This document shows, one piece after another, positions 24,101-36,855 of a DNA stretch of 64,000 bases. The position numbers and the translations under genes were made by a program. Numbering within the stretch: the stretch's first letter is position 1; each line of letters begins with the position of its first letter. The notes beneath the pieces were generated by a model that saw only the letters and a list, made by a program, of their open reading frames with translations, did no database searches and was not told the origin of the DNA. The stretch spans positions 9,362,001-9,426,000 of the forward strand of contig NC_092680.1 in NCBI RefSeq assembly GCF_964355755.1. Direction: 5' to 3'. The stretch is from Antedon mediterranea. Taxonomy: Eukaryota; Animalia; Echinodermata.

Positions 24101-25712
24101 TAAACTCATTACAGTTTCATAAAAAATAATTAAATTATGTAATGTAAAATGTTATAGTAAAGTATAAATACACCACCAACAATATAGGCCTAAAACTAAA
24201 ATCATACAGTAGATATAAACGTGGTCTATTTAAATAGAGAAGACGTAATGAATACCTGTTCCCAATGTCTTATAAACCGAACTAAACGAGACAGTCGAAG
24301 TAGTCGAAGCAAACTAAGTAATTTAGCCATACGCAGGAATCTGAGAGCACGTGATGCTTTATAAATGCTCTCGTTGCCTCCTCCCATCAGCAAAATAATG
24401 TAGTCCATTGGCAAGGATGACACCAAGTCCAAGAAAAACCAGCTTTTTAGATAATGTTTAGCTATTTTCTTTGGATCTAAGATTACCTACAAGAAAGATT
24501 GTGTTACAATAATAGTAATTATATTATTATATAATGCAATAGTGCAATAGTAATAATATAAAATTGTAAGTAATTATGCGCCAATCTATAAATTAGTATA
24601 TTTGAATAAACAGACATGCGGATCAAGGATTTTTTTTTAACGGAGAGCGCTCATGAATACATAATTCCATTTAGCTGTCAAAAGGGGAGAACACGCTCCC
24701 ACTGCGATATGCCTTGATCCTACCTTTACCTACCAGTTCATTTCCGTCATGATTTAGAATTCCTGTCCTAAAATTAAAGAATATATCAGTGATAAAAAGA
24801 GTATCTGATACGCAGTTAATGACGATCCACTGTAGTCCAATCTCCTCTTGCTTGAAAAACGTAATGCTGACAGGAATCGTTATCAGGTTAATAATCAAGA
24901 TAGCGATCATCAGGAAGTCCCAATACACCCTGTTAAAGGCAAAGTAAATATAATTAAATTTATAGGATAAAAAGGCTTATCAATCAATCTATACCAAACA
25001 TTTACTTCTTTCTTATTATGAATAAAACGATAAAAATTACTTTAAATTATTTCAAATAGCCTAAGTTAAATTTCTTTTTCCCATTAACGATCATTCATTC
25101 CTTCGTTCGATCGTTCATGTAGGCCTATTCACAAAATGGTCTTTCAATAATATTCGTTTTTAGAAACGTGGTCTATAACTGTAGGTTTATTATAATTAGA
25201 CAGTCAAGTGGATGTGATTACCTAAGGTTGCTACATGGATGTATCACTAGTGAACCAATGGCCTGTAGTCGTTTCTTCTCCATTTTAATCCCCTTCTGGC
25301 TTCCAAATAGTTTCATCGACAACCTATTATCTGTCGGCTGCAGCATGGTACGGATTCGTTTCTTTAAGAAATTTGTATCTGCTTGTTGCTCATTGTGTTC
25401 ACACATTTCCGATTTGGCACGGGGAACTCCGAATAAAGATATACTTTCCTGTACAAGCAGTTTAATATTATTTAGACGCTCTTGATTTGGTTTGGGTCCT
25501 GATGGTGATACGTTTCTTTTAGAAGATTCGTCACTGAAGTTTACTCTTACTTGAGTGCTTCCCATGTCGTGCGATGGTAAACCAGCATCTTCGGCGGTAG
25601 ACGCTTTATCAACATCGACGGTTTCAAATGTTTGGGGATTTAACCCACTTGTGTCATCCGCCATTGCAGCTAGGCCTACCTCTATACCTGGACTTACTTT
25701 GTTAGTAATCAT
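21194..25712 (-). CDS. HCN: Hyperpolarization-activated cyclic nucleotide-gated (HCN/Ih) channel, about 669 aa
   Basis: Nine GT-AG exons in frame: 25712-25222, 24929-24734, 24486-24256, 24088-23939, 23651-23433, 23151-23005, 22463-22220, 21835-21580, 21269-21194 (2010 nt). It has the HCN domain ([15 protein letters not shown]), S4 ([27 protein letters not shown]), pore CIGYG, C-linker and [19 protein letters not shown]. The start codon (25712 vs 25664) and last exon are less certain. Confidence 0.96.
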
Positions 25713-26323
25713 TCTGTATTGTTATCTGAAACTTGTATAAAAGCAGCATTTCTCGTCCGTGTTGTTCTCGGTGAGAAGCGCCAGAAGACAATCCGTTGTA
25801 TCGTTCACATGGCAACAACGCACAAAATGCAGTTGTAGCGTGGGTACGCGTTACTATGTGTTACCTAATAATATGATGCTGCTCTAGTCTTCCCTGCGCG
25901 CGCAAGATATAGTGCAATAAGTACGCACTAACTACTAAACTTTGAGTAGCAGTTTATGGTATAGATTAGATGATCGCAGTTACAGTAATTAAAAAACATT
26001 TATTACTTTAATAAACGACTAATAATAATTACTTTTTCAAAAACCAACCTGATATAGGCTTAAATGTGTATAAATGTTTAGATAACCCGAAAAGATTATA
26101 CTGCATAGCCTAAAACAAAGAAATACAAACTTATTTAAATAAACTTATATATCCTAATAATATCAATAATAATAATAGTAACGATATTAATTTTATTATG
26201 GGACGTTTATAATAATAGACGCCGCCCTCCCCATAACAATTGGTACGTACATTGCCTGTTGGCCAGTTTCCACACAGCAGTCCTATTTGGTAAAACGGTT
26301 GTGTCTAGTAATAACAAATCGAA
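25713..26323. promoter_or_regulatory. Putative shared bidirectional promoter between HCN and the HYKK-like gene
   Basis: Divergent start codons only ~610 bp apart with CpG-containing patches near each end. Inferred from geometry only. Confidence 0.5.
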
Positions 26324-29300
26324 ATGGAAACAGTGGGTAAGTCCTCTTTAATGATATTCAGTGATTAAAATGCTAATAACATAACCTAGTTGTCGGCAGT
26401 TTCGGAATATAAATATAAATGGCTCTGTTATTGAAATCGTAAATAATTACAAATACCAGGGGTATTACCATTGACAATGAATTAAATTGGGCTGAACAAT
26501 GTAGAAATACTATACGGAAAGGAAATGTGCCACTGTTCTTTCTTAGGAAACTTTAGGACTTTAAATTTAGGACAAGTCAATATTAAATTTGTTCTACTCA
26601 TAAGTGGTTGAAAGTCTCATCGCTTTCTGCTGTGTAGTATGGTATGGAAAATGTAAAGAAGAGGATAAAATGTCTACTCAACGTATCGTAAAGAAATGTG
26701 GACTAATCACAGAAATGAATTATTCGCTGAAGGAAATATGTCATAAATGTATGTAAAACCACTAATATATTCAGAAAGACACGCAAAACATGCACTATAT
26801 AGTAAGACCCAGCGAAGTGTCCCCTTATAATAGTGTGCATTCGGGGTTACCATAGTGTCAAATGAAATATATTACCCCTGATGTGTTTGGTACTTGCCTA
26901 ATAACTCTCGACTCTAGAATGAATGTGCATAACCAGGAAGAAATTTTTCCTAGACATTTGCAACTATAGGCTAATTGATTTCCTTTTGGAAACGCCGGGA
27001 CCACAATCATAACCTTATTAGTACCTATATGTATGATGAAGAGGAAATACTTTAATGTTTTGAAACTCCCAGTGAGCTTACAAGCACTTGAATTGAATGC
27101 ATTACACTGATTCAATTGAAATCATCTTGATTGGATAAAAATGACATCATATGATTCCACATTGTACTCCATACCAACAACATGTTGCAACTGAAAAGAA
27201 CAGTTTTAGTTTTATTTAAAAAATAACATACCAACAATTTTTCACTATTTAAAAAGATGAGAAATCACCTAGAAAAGAAATGTTTTGGTGAAAAAATAGA
27301 ATTAAATTAAGCTAAGTGGAGTTAACAAAAGGATGGATATACTGTAAAGTATTGTAAATACAATTTTGTTATGTTTAACAGTAGAGATTGATTATTGCAT
27401 TGTTGTTCATCATGGTTAATTAAATACGTTTAATTGAACATTATTTAGAACCGTTGTTTCGAGGCAAAATGGAAGAGTGGGATCCATTAACTAATACAAA
27501 CTGAATAACAAAAAAATGTAGGCTTACAACCACATATTTATTTTATATACAGTAGAACTGTGGATACTTTCGAGACCAAAGAACGTGTCCACTGAATAAT
27601 CTTAAATTGAAGATTGAATAAGCTACTGCTACTGGATGTCTCCTTAATATGTTTTTACTTTTACTCTATTGACATCTGGAATGGTTATTTAATTGATGTA
27701 GGCCTACCGGTTATTTAATTTATTACATTTTGAATATTTCAGTCATGTGCATAAGTACATTAAAATAAAATAGAATATCGATTATAAATATGTACTGCAT
27801 TGCAACCGCTATTAAGGTGACAAAGTGTCCCCTTAATAAGGATGTCTTCTATTATTATGGTATAAAACAAATATTTGGCCCTCGTCTCTTGATAGGGAGT
27901 ACTATATGTAGGAGTATCTCAAGGCTGTGTAATATCACCTGTGTTGTATTCCCCTTTTCACTTCTGACTTTAGGTCACCAAATGAGTCATGTTCTGTGAT
28001 TAAATATGCAGACGATACTGTTATCACAGGATACATTTCAGGTGATAAACATGATAATGAATATGACTACCGTAAATTGATATCAGATTTTGTAAATTGG
28101 AGCAAATTTAATAATTTAAAGTTAAATGTTGGTAAAACTAAGGAGATGGTCGTAGACTTTAGAGTAAAGAAAGATCCTATTATTCCAGTTCTGATTGATG
28201 GTAACGAAGAGTAGAAGAATATAAATACTTAGGTTTTGTCATGGACCACAAACTATCGTGGGAAACCAATACGAATAGAATAGTTAAAAGAGCCAATCAA
28301 AGAATGTTTATACTTCGCAAAATGAAATCACTTTAATTAGTATTGATAGCTCCCTGTTAAAATTGTTTTATACCACCATGATCCAAAGTATTATGTCTTT
28401 CTGTTTGATATGCAATTATGAAAATATTAATAAAAAAGATAAAAAGAAATTGAATCGCATTACAAAGAAAGCTGAATATATTGTTAAAGATCCGTTGGTG
28501 CAGTTAGATGAAATATACATAGATTGGATAGTGAAGGCAGCCCTTAGCAAATACTTTATTATCAAACGCAATGGTATAGAATACATGTTCCAATAACTAA
28601 GACAAACAGATCGAGACATGCCTTTGTTGCAAATGCTATATTCATATAATTAATTCACGTCACCATCGATAAAATGTTATGTAATACAAGACTATGTAAA
28701 CAATGAAACTTTTAAAACGTAATTTTTTTCAATTTATAAATGTTTTTATATTTTTAATATGTTTAAACGTTTTTAACATTTTTAGCCTATTTGAAATTTT
28801 AGCAATTTATAAATTGTAAGGGTTTTAGGAACATTCTAATGGTTTGAATCCTTTTAAAGCTGTTTTTAATCCTTTTAAAGCTGTTTTAAACTATTTTAAT
28901 ATCCTGAATCCTATTCAATTTTAATACCTAGTCATTTTTAAACCGTGTTTCATAACTTATATTTTTTGTGCAATTATGTGTGTGTACATAATATATTATA
29001 TTGTATATCTATTTTTTTTTTGTACTAATAATTGTCAATCTTCAAGAAGAATTTTTTTTGTTATTTTATGATGATGATGGACAAATAAAGCATTTCAGTA
29101 TTCAGTATTCAGTATATACTAAGGGATGTCTTAAAATGGTTCTACTAAATTGCCTGGGTATAACATATAAGTGTAAATACCCAACGATAGTTTAAAATAT
29201 CCCAGTCAAATGAGTTCATTTTGATACCCCTCGTGCAATAGCAGACGTTTGTATAAAAAATGTATGTTTGTATAAAGTAATCAGTTTAACAATCAGTGAC

Positions 29301-31466
29301 TAATGGTATTCATGAACTTCTCGCTTGAATCGTACTTTATTCCAGGTATTAGTGAGAAACCAATAGCAAGGGACGAAGACATACAAGGGATCTTAAGTGA
29401 TTTGTACGAACTTGATGCAGCAGTCATTAAATCACAAGAGAGTTACAATGACCAGGTCTTTTACATTTCAACACAGACCTCTCCGGAACAGGAGTACATA
29501 TTAAGAGTGTTCAACCACACAGATTCTAAGAAGGCAGAATTAACTGAGATTATTGATGTGTTGGTGTGGTTGAATCAACAAGGTGTCAACTGTCCAAAAC
29601 CACTGAAAAACAAGTATGGTGATTACGTGTTTATGAAAAAATTGTCTAATAAAAAAAATGGTAGGAAAGGTTTCTTTTATTGTTACTGAGACAGATATGT
29701 TAAAAATATATTTTCCCCTGTAAAATGATAAATAATTGTTTATTAAAATTTCATCCAGACATTTAAATACCAGACACATAATAGAATTGTGTGTGTGATA
29801 AAGTGTAACTGATTAAAATATTCTCATCGACCAAGTTAAATTTAAACATAGACACAGAGAAGTATAATGTATACTAAATGTATACAGTACATCTTATAAG
29901 CAGTTACATTTTGTGTTAAAAGATTATTATTAATATTAAAAAAAGATTTTGATGATTTGATTTTCAGGAGTATTCATCCATGGGACGTATGCTGTTTGTC
30001 TCTACAACTTTGTTAAAGGAATTAAACTTATGAATGTAGAATCTACTGATGACGTAATCTATAAAGCTGGACAGTATCTTGCTCAACTGCAGATTACCCT
30101 TAAGGTTGATTTGCTCACAAATATTAACATTTTCTTCTTGTAAAACTCATAAAATTACAATCTAAATTCCTCTACCGTCTCTGTTGTGCTTAGCTTACCT
30201 GGATAAAACCATGGCAACAATGCTTCTTATTACCACTACTCAGAAGTGGGAGATTCCATAGCAATTGTCATAGATAAAGGGAATGCTCCTCCTACTTATA
30301 TTACAATGATCTTTAAGAAGGAGTTGCTAATTATTATCGTAATCTAAGTTAGTAGGATGAACCAATTGTCATTATCTATAAGCAGGAGGAGATTATTTTA
30401 AATCATGTTTATTTAATTATACTTTTTTTTAAATTTGTATCTCAGGGTGTAGAATTTCCGCTTACAAAACAAGTCGATTTCTATTGGAACTTTGATTGCA
30501 TTAGAGATATATTAAGAGACAACATTTTCCATGAATATGTTAGACATTCTGATAAAAGAGAGCTCATAACTAAGACATTCAACATGTTTGTGAGTGATGT
30601 TGACTCACGGAAATCAGAATTTGAAAAAGGTGTGTCATTTTAAATAATGAAATTAATCTTAACCGTTAGTAAATATATTGCTCTAGAGTTTTAGCGGGTA
30701 AGAAAAACATTAACTCACGGAGCCGCTGCGTATGTGGTTTAATCATGAAATTAAATATTGTCCTTGCATCATATATACAATAATTAATATTCATGCAAAA
30801 AAAAATGCAGTAAAAGCCCTATTAAATGGACACAGTTTACGGGACCCAACAAAGTGGTCGTAGGGCTACGTTTCACAGAAAAGTGTCTTATTATGGGATA
30901 GGAAGGTTCACTGAGGGGGGATTTCCCAGTGTTACTTTATTGAAAAGCAAAAAGAAGTAATATTTGTTTCTGTTATTAATTTTGTTTATATTTCAGGTCT
31001 TGTTCATTCTGATTATAATGAAAGCAACATTCTTGTGGAAAGTTTTCCAAATTCAGTTAATGGAACATCAAAGACATTTATTGTAGGAATCATTGACTTC
31101 TTTGATCTTTGTTACAATCCACTTGTTTATGACGTTGCTATAGGCCTTCTGTACATGATGTTGATGCGCCCTCAAGATATGCTGACTGCAGGGGGACACT
31201 TCTTAGCAGGTTATCAAAGCAAAAGGTGTTTAAAAGACATTGAGAAAGAAGCGATCATTAAGACAACATCAGCCAGGCTGGCTCAGTCTTTAGTGTCAGG
31301 ACTGGTCTCGTTCTCCAAAGACCCAGAGAATGTCTATCTTTTGAAAACACAGACGTCTGGCTGGGACTGCCTTAGTATGCTGTCAAATACACCGGAACAA
31401 GATATTTGGAAGACATGGGATAGTTTATTGAATGAGTATGATCAATACACAAATAATGAAACTTGA
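26324..31466 (+). CDS. HYKK: Hydroxylysine kinase-like protein (aminoglycoside phosphotransferase family), about 372 aa
   Basis: Exons 26324-26336 (ATG GAA ACA GTG G|gtaagt, inferred by phase), 29346-29660, 29968-30104, 30446-30629 and 30997-31466 sum to 1119 nt in frame. Motifs: SYNDQVF, Brenner motif HSDYNESN, GIIDFFD, and C-terminal ARLAQSLV...DPENVYLL as in HYKK/AGPHD1. Confidence 0.88.
26390..26760 (+). mobile_element. Decayed LINE reverse-transcriptase fragment in intron 1 of the HYKK-like gene
   Basis: Translates as YKYQGITIDNELNW...LFFLRKL* with stops and frameshifts, the conserved KYLG..ID..L.W post-RT block. Confidence 0.7.
27950..29115 (+). mobile_element. 5'-truncated L2/Rex1-like LINE
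   Basis: RT motif IKYADDT...LKLNVGKTKEMVVDFR (27996-28214), then frameshifted YKYLG...KLSW and a downstream ORF piece. AATAAA followed by a (ttcagta)n tail at ~29084-29115. Confidence 0.85.
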
Positions 31467-32323
31467 AAACTTAGCAAACGGTATGAGAGACTACATCATG
31501 TAAAGCAAAGTGTTTTAACACTACTACTAACCCTTTTAGGGAGTTACCTAAATAAGGAGACACTTGGTGTGGTCAGGAGCGAACTTTCAAAATTTGCCTT
31601 TGTGCTTTTGAGAGATTTATTTGCATTATAATGTACTGCTTATACTTTGTTTTAAATGTGTTTTTTTGGTTAATGTATAATTCATTCTAATATCCAATTA
31701 CAATAGTTTATAAGAAATGTTTTAACTACCAGTTTAGGCCTACTACTTTCAGATTCTAAATTATGTATAAACTATTACAATTGACACTTTTATAGTTTCT
31801 TTTTTGTCTTTATTTCCAAAAACCCCAATTAAGGGGACACTTCCGTTCTTGTTTATTGTCCCAATAATGTCCCCGAATTGGGAATCGACGACAAGCAATA
31901 GACTAGCTTTTGACACATAGTTCGTTGTTAATATACAAGTGGGGAATCCCCTTTTAGGACGCGGTACCAACTACGACGCTATTTTTCTGTAGTTTGCAAA
32001 TGAATGTGTAACTTGACTGAAAAACCGCGAACTTCCATCCCAAATTACACGCATCGCTATGTTGTTGTTTAGGCCTTTATGGTTCGGGAGAACCCCTTGA
32101 CGTTAGCATTGAACGCAAATGTGTTTACCGGCGGAAAAAGTAACTGACACGATCGTTTTTCCAATTGCGAACGCGCTATTATTAGAGTGTCATTTCCGGC
32201 CAACTAGTGCCATTTATATTTACGTGCGAGAGTACCATTTCCAGCCAGGGTTGTCATTGCCATTACCATGGGTAATTTGTGCATTTTTTATTGAGGCTGC
32301 GGGTGGCAAAATGCCTATGGCAC

Positions 32324-33157
32324 TGTCACACCAAAATCAGTCCGGGCAAAAATCGGTCCGGGGGACCATTTATTCCAAAACCTGTCTGGTCGGACCAATT
32401 TTGGCCGCTAAAACTGGTCCGGCCTGGATAAAATCGGTCCGGCAGTAGGCCTTTTTTGGCCGATCATGGTATGGCCCGGTCTTACAAATATATGTTAGTC
32501 ATAATGTATCATTTAAAAAAAACCATGATCAGTCATTATATTGAAAACTACGGGGTTTTAGTTGTTATTTTAATATTATAAATTAAGCCTGTTTTTTATC
32601 TACATTATTAGTAGCAAATCATCAATAATTAGTACTTAAGTTGTTAGGCCTTTTGTGTAGGAATGTATCTCTGGCTGTTATTAATCCATTTTTGTTTTTT
32701 TTGTTTTAACATCTTAGTTTCCCCATGATGTTAAAAAGAATTTAATGTATTACTTATTTATGGTTAATCAATCAATATATCAATTCAATACAATTATTAT
32801 AAAACAATTATCTAATATTGATTAGGCTGAGGAAGAAAAAATGTCTCAATCATAACATAAAATCTAGCTGGCAATACTAGCGTCTCATACCCGTTGATGT
32901 GAGTGTGTGGCAGGCTGATATGTAGTGAAAATACATTTATTTATAGTATTTATTCGACAAGATAACTTTCTTATATATATTTTTCTAGTCATTAAAAACT
33001 TAAAACAGCATCATAGGCATAGTGATTCAATTAAAATCGATAGAAGAAAAACCCGGACCGATTTTGGCAGTGATGAACTGTTTTTGGCCACAAATTTAGA
33101 GCCAAAACAATATGTCCGGCCGGACCGATTTTGGCCTGGGCCATATTTGTCGTGACA
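32324..33157. mobile_element. Non-autonomous DNA transposon with TGT...ACA ends and inverted subterminal aaaatcggtccgg repeats
   Basis: tgtcacaccaaaat... / ...atttgtcgtgaca; repeated aaaatcggtccgg on the left and ccggaccgatttt on the right. TSD not resolved. Confidence 0.65.
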
Positions 33158-34220
33158 CTCATTAATAGAGATTACTATAACGATAGTGATTATGTATGCA
33201 TCATGACTATGTATTAATATGACGGTAGAAATTAACTTAACCGTCTCAATATCTTTCAAAATAAAATACAAACAATATTTATTTCATTAAAAAAAATATT
33301 TAAAGGAAATCCGCAGAGTTTCGCATCCAGGCTAGCGCTTAAAGTTCAAACAGAGAGCATTTAAGGCCTACCCGTTACACCACAAATTACATGACTGAGC
33401 AGCTGATCAAAGAATATAATTATATCACAAGAATGAGTGATTCGCGATTTTCCCTGTAACAGTAATATTGTCCATGTGGTAGGCCGGGCGCCGCCATAAG
33501 TGAGGGTGTATCTCGGATGTAGGCATATACATTACTTTTTGTGACGGTTACATTATGGACCACCGGTAGTATTTTCATAATAAAAAATGTTATCAACTAC
33601 ATGCCAACATCATGTTAAATGCTGTTTGGATATTTAATTGTTCGTTTCATGCAATTTATTTAGTAAAAACTGCCGTATAAACAGTTCGCTTCATCAACCG
33701 GGCGCGCTACGAGGCTACCGGGCGTTTTGGTGTTTACGCGTTTTTACAAATGATACTAGTTTAATAATATTCCTATATTTAACTTGGTTCTGGTAAAACA
33801 AATAAATGTTAATAAAATTTAACATTATATCCTATTAATAACATGTATTTTATACTAATTTATATCATAAAAACTATACTTAATTACGGGCGTAGAGTAG
33901 TCCGCGGCAATGGTAAAGAATATGCCGTGCCGAGTAACGTTTCGTTCGTTGGTTTTTGTGAACTAATTTAGCAGCATGTTTAGTAAATAATTGTCTGTAA
34001 AAGTGAATGTACACTAGTTTGTTAATAAATATGTAATATAAAATGGTTTACAATTGCAAAATATATTATCATAATTCTATTTAGTGTGACATGTATAATA
34101 TCTATTAAATCAAGTCTTATTTAGTCTGTATACATCCGCCCTTATCTGTTACAAATTTCTCATGCAAAAATCGCGGAATACTCATTCTTGTGATATATAT
34201 TTTTTGTTTATATCTAAGAT

Positions 34221-34367
34221 GACCGGATAGCTCAGTCGGCTGAGAATCGTCGTGTTGTTAACACTGTCATGGGTTCGAACCCCATGCTGGTCGTGCACTG
34301 GTGGAATAGAGTTTCAAGCTATGGAGCTACTGTGTTTGAGGTTCACAGAATTATACGTCCCCCTTTC
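34221..34367 (+). mobile_element. tRNA-derived SINE fragment
   Basis: A box tagctcagtcgg and B box ggttcgaacc are present, but there is no closable acceptor stem and a non-tRNA tail follows. Confidence 0.6.
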
Positions 34368-34374
34368 GGTACTA

Positions 34375-36252
34375 GGACATTTTGCCGAATGTCATTTTGT
34401 CGACAGACATTTAGCCGACAGACATTTAGCCGACCGGACATTTAGCCGACAGTATATTTGATCGACAGGACATTTCGCCGAAGGAAATTTCGCCGACAAG
34501 ACATTTTGCCGACAACTATTTCGCCGACAGACAATTGGCCGACAGACAACTGGCCGACAAGACATTTCGCCGACAACACATTGTTTTAGATTGTTTATAA
34601 CATTTTTTCCTCCTTTTTATTGTGAGTCTCAAGTTTTAACTTTCTGTATTGTAACATTGTTATGTAATCATGTATTGTATGTTGATTATGACCGAATAAA
34701 TGAATGAATGAATGAATGAATGAATGAATGAATATAAAACAAATAGGCCTATGATTTTCTTTTTTATTTTGTTGGGAATTCGTTGATCTGCCACTCAGAC
34801 GGTATAGGTATGAAAATTATAGCGTAGCCTATTTATTCGAATAAACGCCCGGATCGTTTATTGTTCGGGAGTCGTTCATTCGAGGGAGGCCTTGATATGA
34901 TATTATACAAATAATGAATGTTTATGAGTGTAATGGTACAAATAATGGCACGAGGTGAATGATGAAAGGTTATATCAACGAGGCAACGCCAAGTTGATAT
35001 AACCTTTCATCATTCACCAAGTGCCATTATTTGTACCATTACACGAATACAAAACATTCATTATTTGTTTTATATAACATCTAAATAAATTCTAGTTATT
35101 TGAATCAAATAAAAGATAGCCCTAGCCAAAGCTTACTACATTTCATTCACACACATTGATTAAAAACAATAACATTTGGTTTTTAATAATTTTATATTAA
35201 ATGTTATATTTATATGGATTTCGTAAACACACCTACTTTTGTGTTAATTATGTCAACAAACGACCAAACAATCCTAGGCCTAGCAAGGCTAACACGCCTA
35301 GGCTAGGCCTAGCCTAATACTAGCATGGCCTAGTTAGGCTAGACCTGTAGCCTAGTACTAGCTTGGCTGAAAGGCAAAACTTCGACAGACAATTGGAACT
35401 TATCTAAGCTAATTATGGTTTTTCCAACAATTCCACGTCTTGTAGGGATGTCCCCATTAATTAATCAAAATCCTAAAAACGATCTAAAGCTAATTTAAAT
35501 GCCTCTTTGAATGAAATTAGTACATAATGTCCAAATCGTACACAAATATCTGCTGCTGTTGCATATCTCGCGGTGGTGTTTACAAATGAAACTGAGACCA
35601 GACGACAGGTGGCGCTGTTGTATTTCACAGTACAGAGCCATATATCATAGGATAATTTGTGTACTAGATTTTTTTTCATCCGCGAGACGTTTTTTTTTTC
35701 GTACACAAAAATGTTTCAAAAAGTACTATTAAACGATCGTTTAATAGTGCGTACTATTGCACGCCATGTGACCCACAATCATCCAATCAAATGACAGGAA
35801 TTTATTTAGGTGTTATATAAAATACGATAACATATATAATCACATTTTTCTAGATATAAAAAAAAGTAGACCTACAACACAAATCTCAAAAAGATATAAA
35901 AAGTAATCAGTAATTGTTGATATTTATTTTTTATTCTCTTCTTTATATTGACAGTATAGTAACACAGTAACACACAGGTTGGGTCTATTATTAATGCAAA
36001 CGTTTTAAATTCAATTCAAAACTCGTACATAAAAAATATCGGCGGTATCCTGTCGTCAAAGTGTCTTTTCGGCCAATAACCTGTCGGTCAAAATGTCTGT
36101 TGGCCAAATGTCTGTCGGCTAAATGATTTTCGGCGAAATGTCCTGTCGGCGAAATGTCTTGTCGGCGAAATGTCCAGTCGGCGAATAGTCCGGTCGGCGA
36201 AAAGTCTGTCAGTCAGTGGTCTGTCGGTGAAATGGCGTTCGGCAAAACGTCC
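34375..36252. mobile_element. Foldback-type element with ~15-bp tandem subterminal repeats in inverted orientation
   Basis: (gacatttcgccgaca)n at 34375-34577 and (tgtcggcgaaatgtc)n at ~36040-36252; ends ggacattttgccgaa / ttcggcaaaacgtcc. Confidence 0.75.
34903..35822. mobile_element. Hairpin-headed non-autonomous element (possibly Crypton-type) nested in the foldback element
   Basis: About 73-bp-arm hairpin at 34907-35068, followed by ttttatataacatctaaataaattc (35068-35092), whose inverse closes the element at 35798-35822. The superfamily assignment is from recollection. Confidence 0.55.
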
Positions 36253-36474
36253 ACCCCCCTGTCCACCACACAAGCAAGTAAATGCATTTGGTGATGCAGT
36301 GGAAACGACACAATGTCTATGCCACAGCATATTGAGGTCGTTTCTACGACATTACCAGATAGATGTAGGGAGAGGACATGCTGGGTTTTTAGTCGCGTGG
36401 AAGCGACTCTATAGTTCACTATGTCGGTCGGTTGGTCGGTCGGTCTGTCTGTCTGTCGGTCTGTCTGTCGGTCG

Positions 36475-36505
<31 letters not shown>

Positions 36506-36855
36506 GGTCCGGTATCACTATGCGTTTTATCGCTTTATGACCTTATCTTGATATCAGTTTAATCTAGCTAAGTCAATTTTTCACAGAATATTCCTTATGG
36601 CCAGGAATCGATGTGGTTATGTTTTCACAGTGCGCAATAAAAAATTACGCGGTCTACGCACGATTTAACGAAATCACGTTTGTAATCATATCTTAACAAC
36701 CATGATTCACAATTAAATAAAATTTGGTACTCATAAATTTCAGGGCATAAATCATCATATGGCAATACAATTACGTGCGTAGCGCATGTAACGCATGCGT
36801 ACGCGCGCTTAAAATTTTCAAAATTTATTTTCGATGAAATAAGAGTACGTTTCAG

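Noticed and set aside
25168-25740. Plus-strand ORFs of 105 and 61 aa
   Set aside because: Antisense shadows of HCN exon 1.
34221-34290. tRNA gene
   Set aside because: A and B boxes are present but no cloverleaf closes, and a SINE-like tail follows.
36088-36562. ORFs with RQTD / FADR repeats
   Set aside because: They derive from the (GTCY)n microsatellite and the 15-bp foldback repeats.
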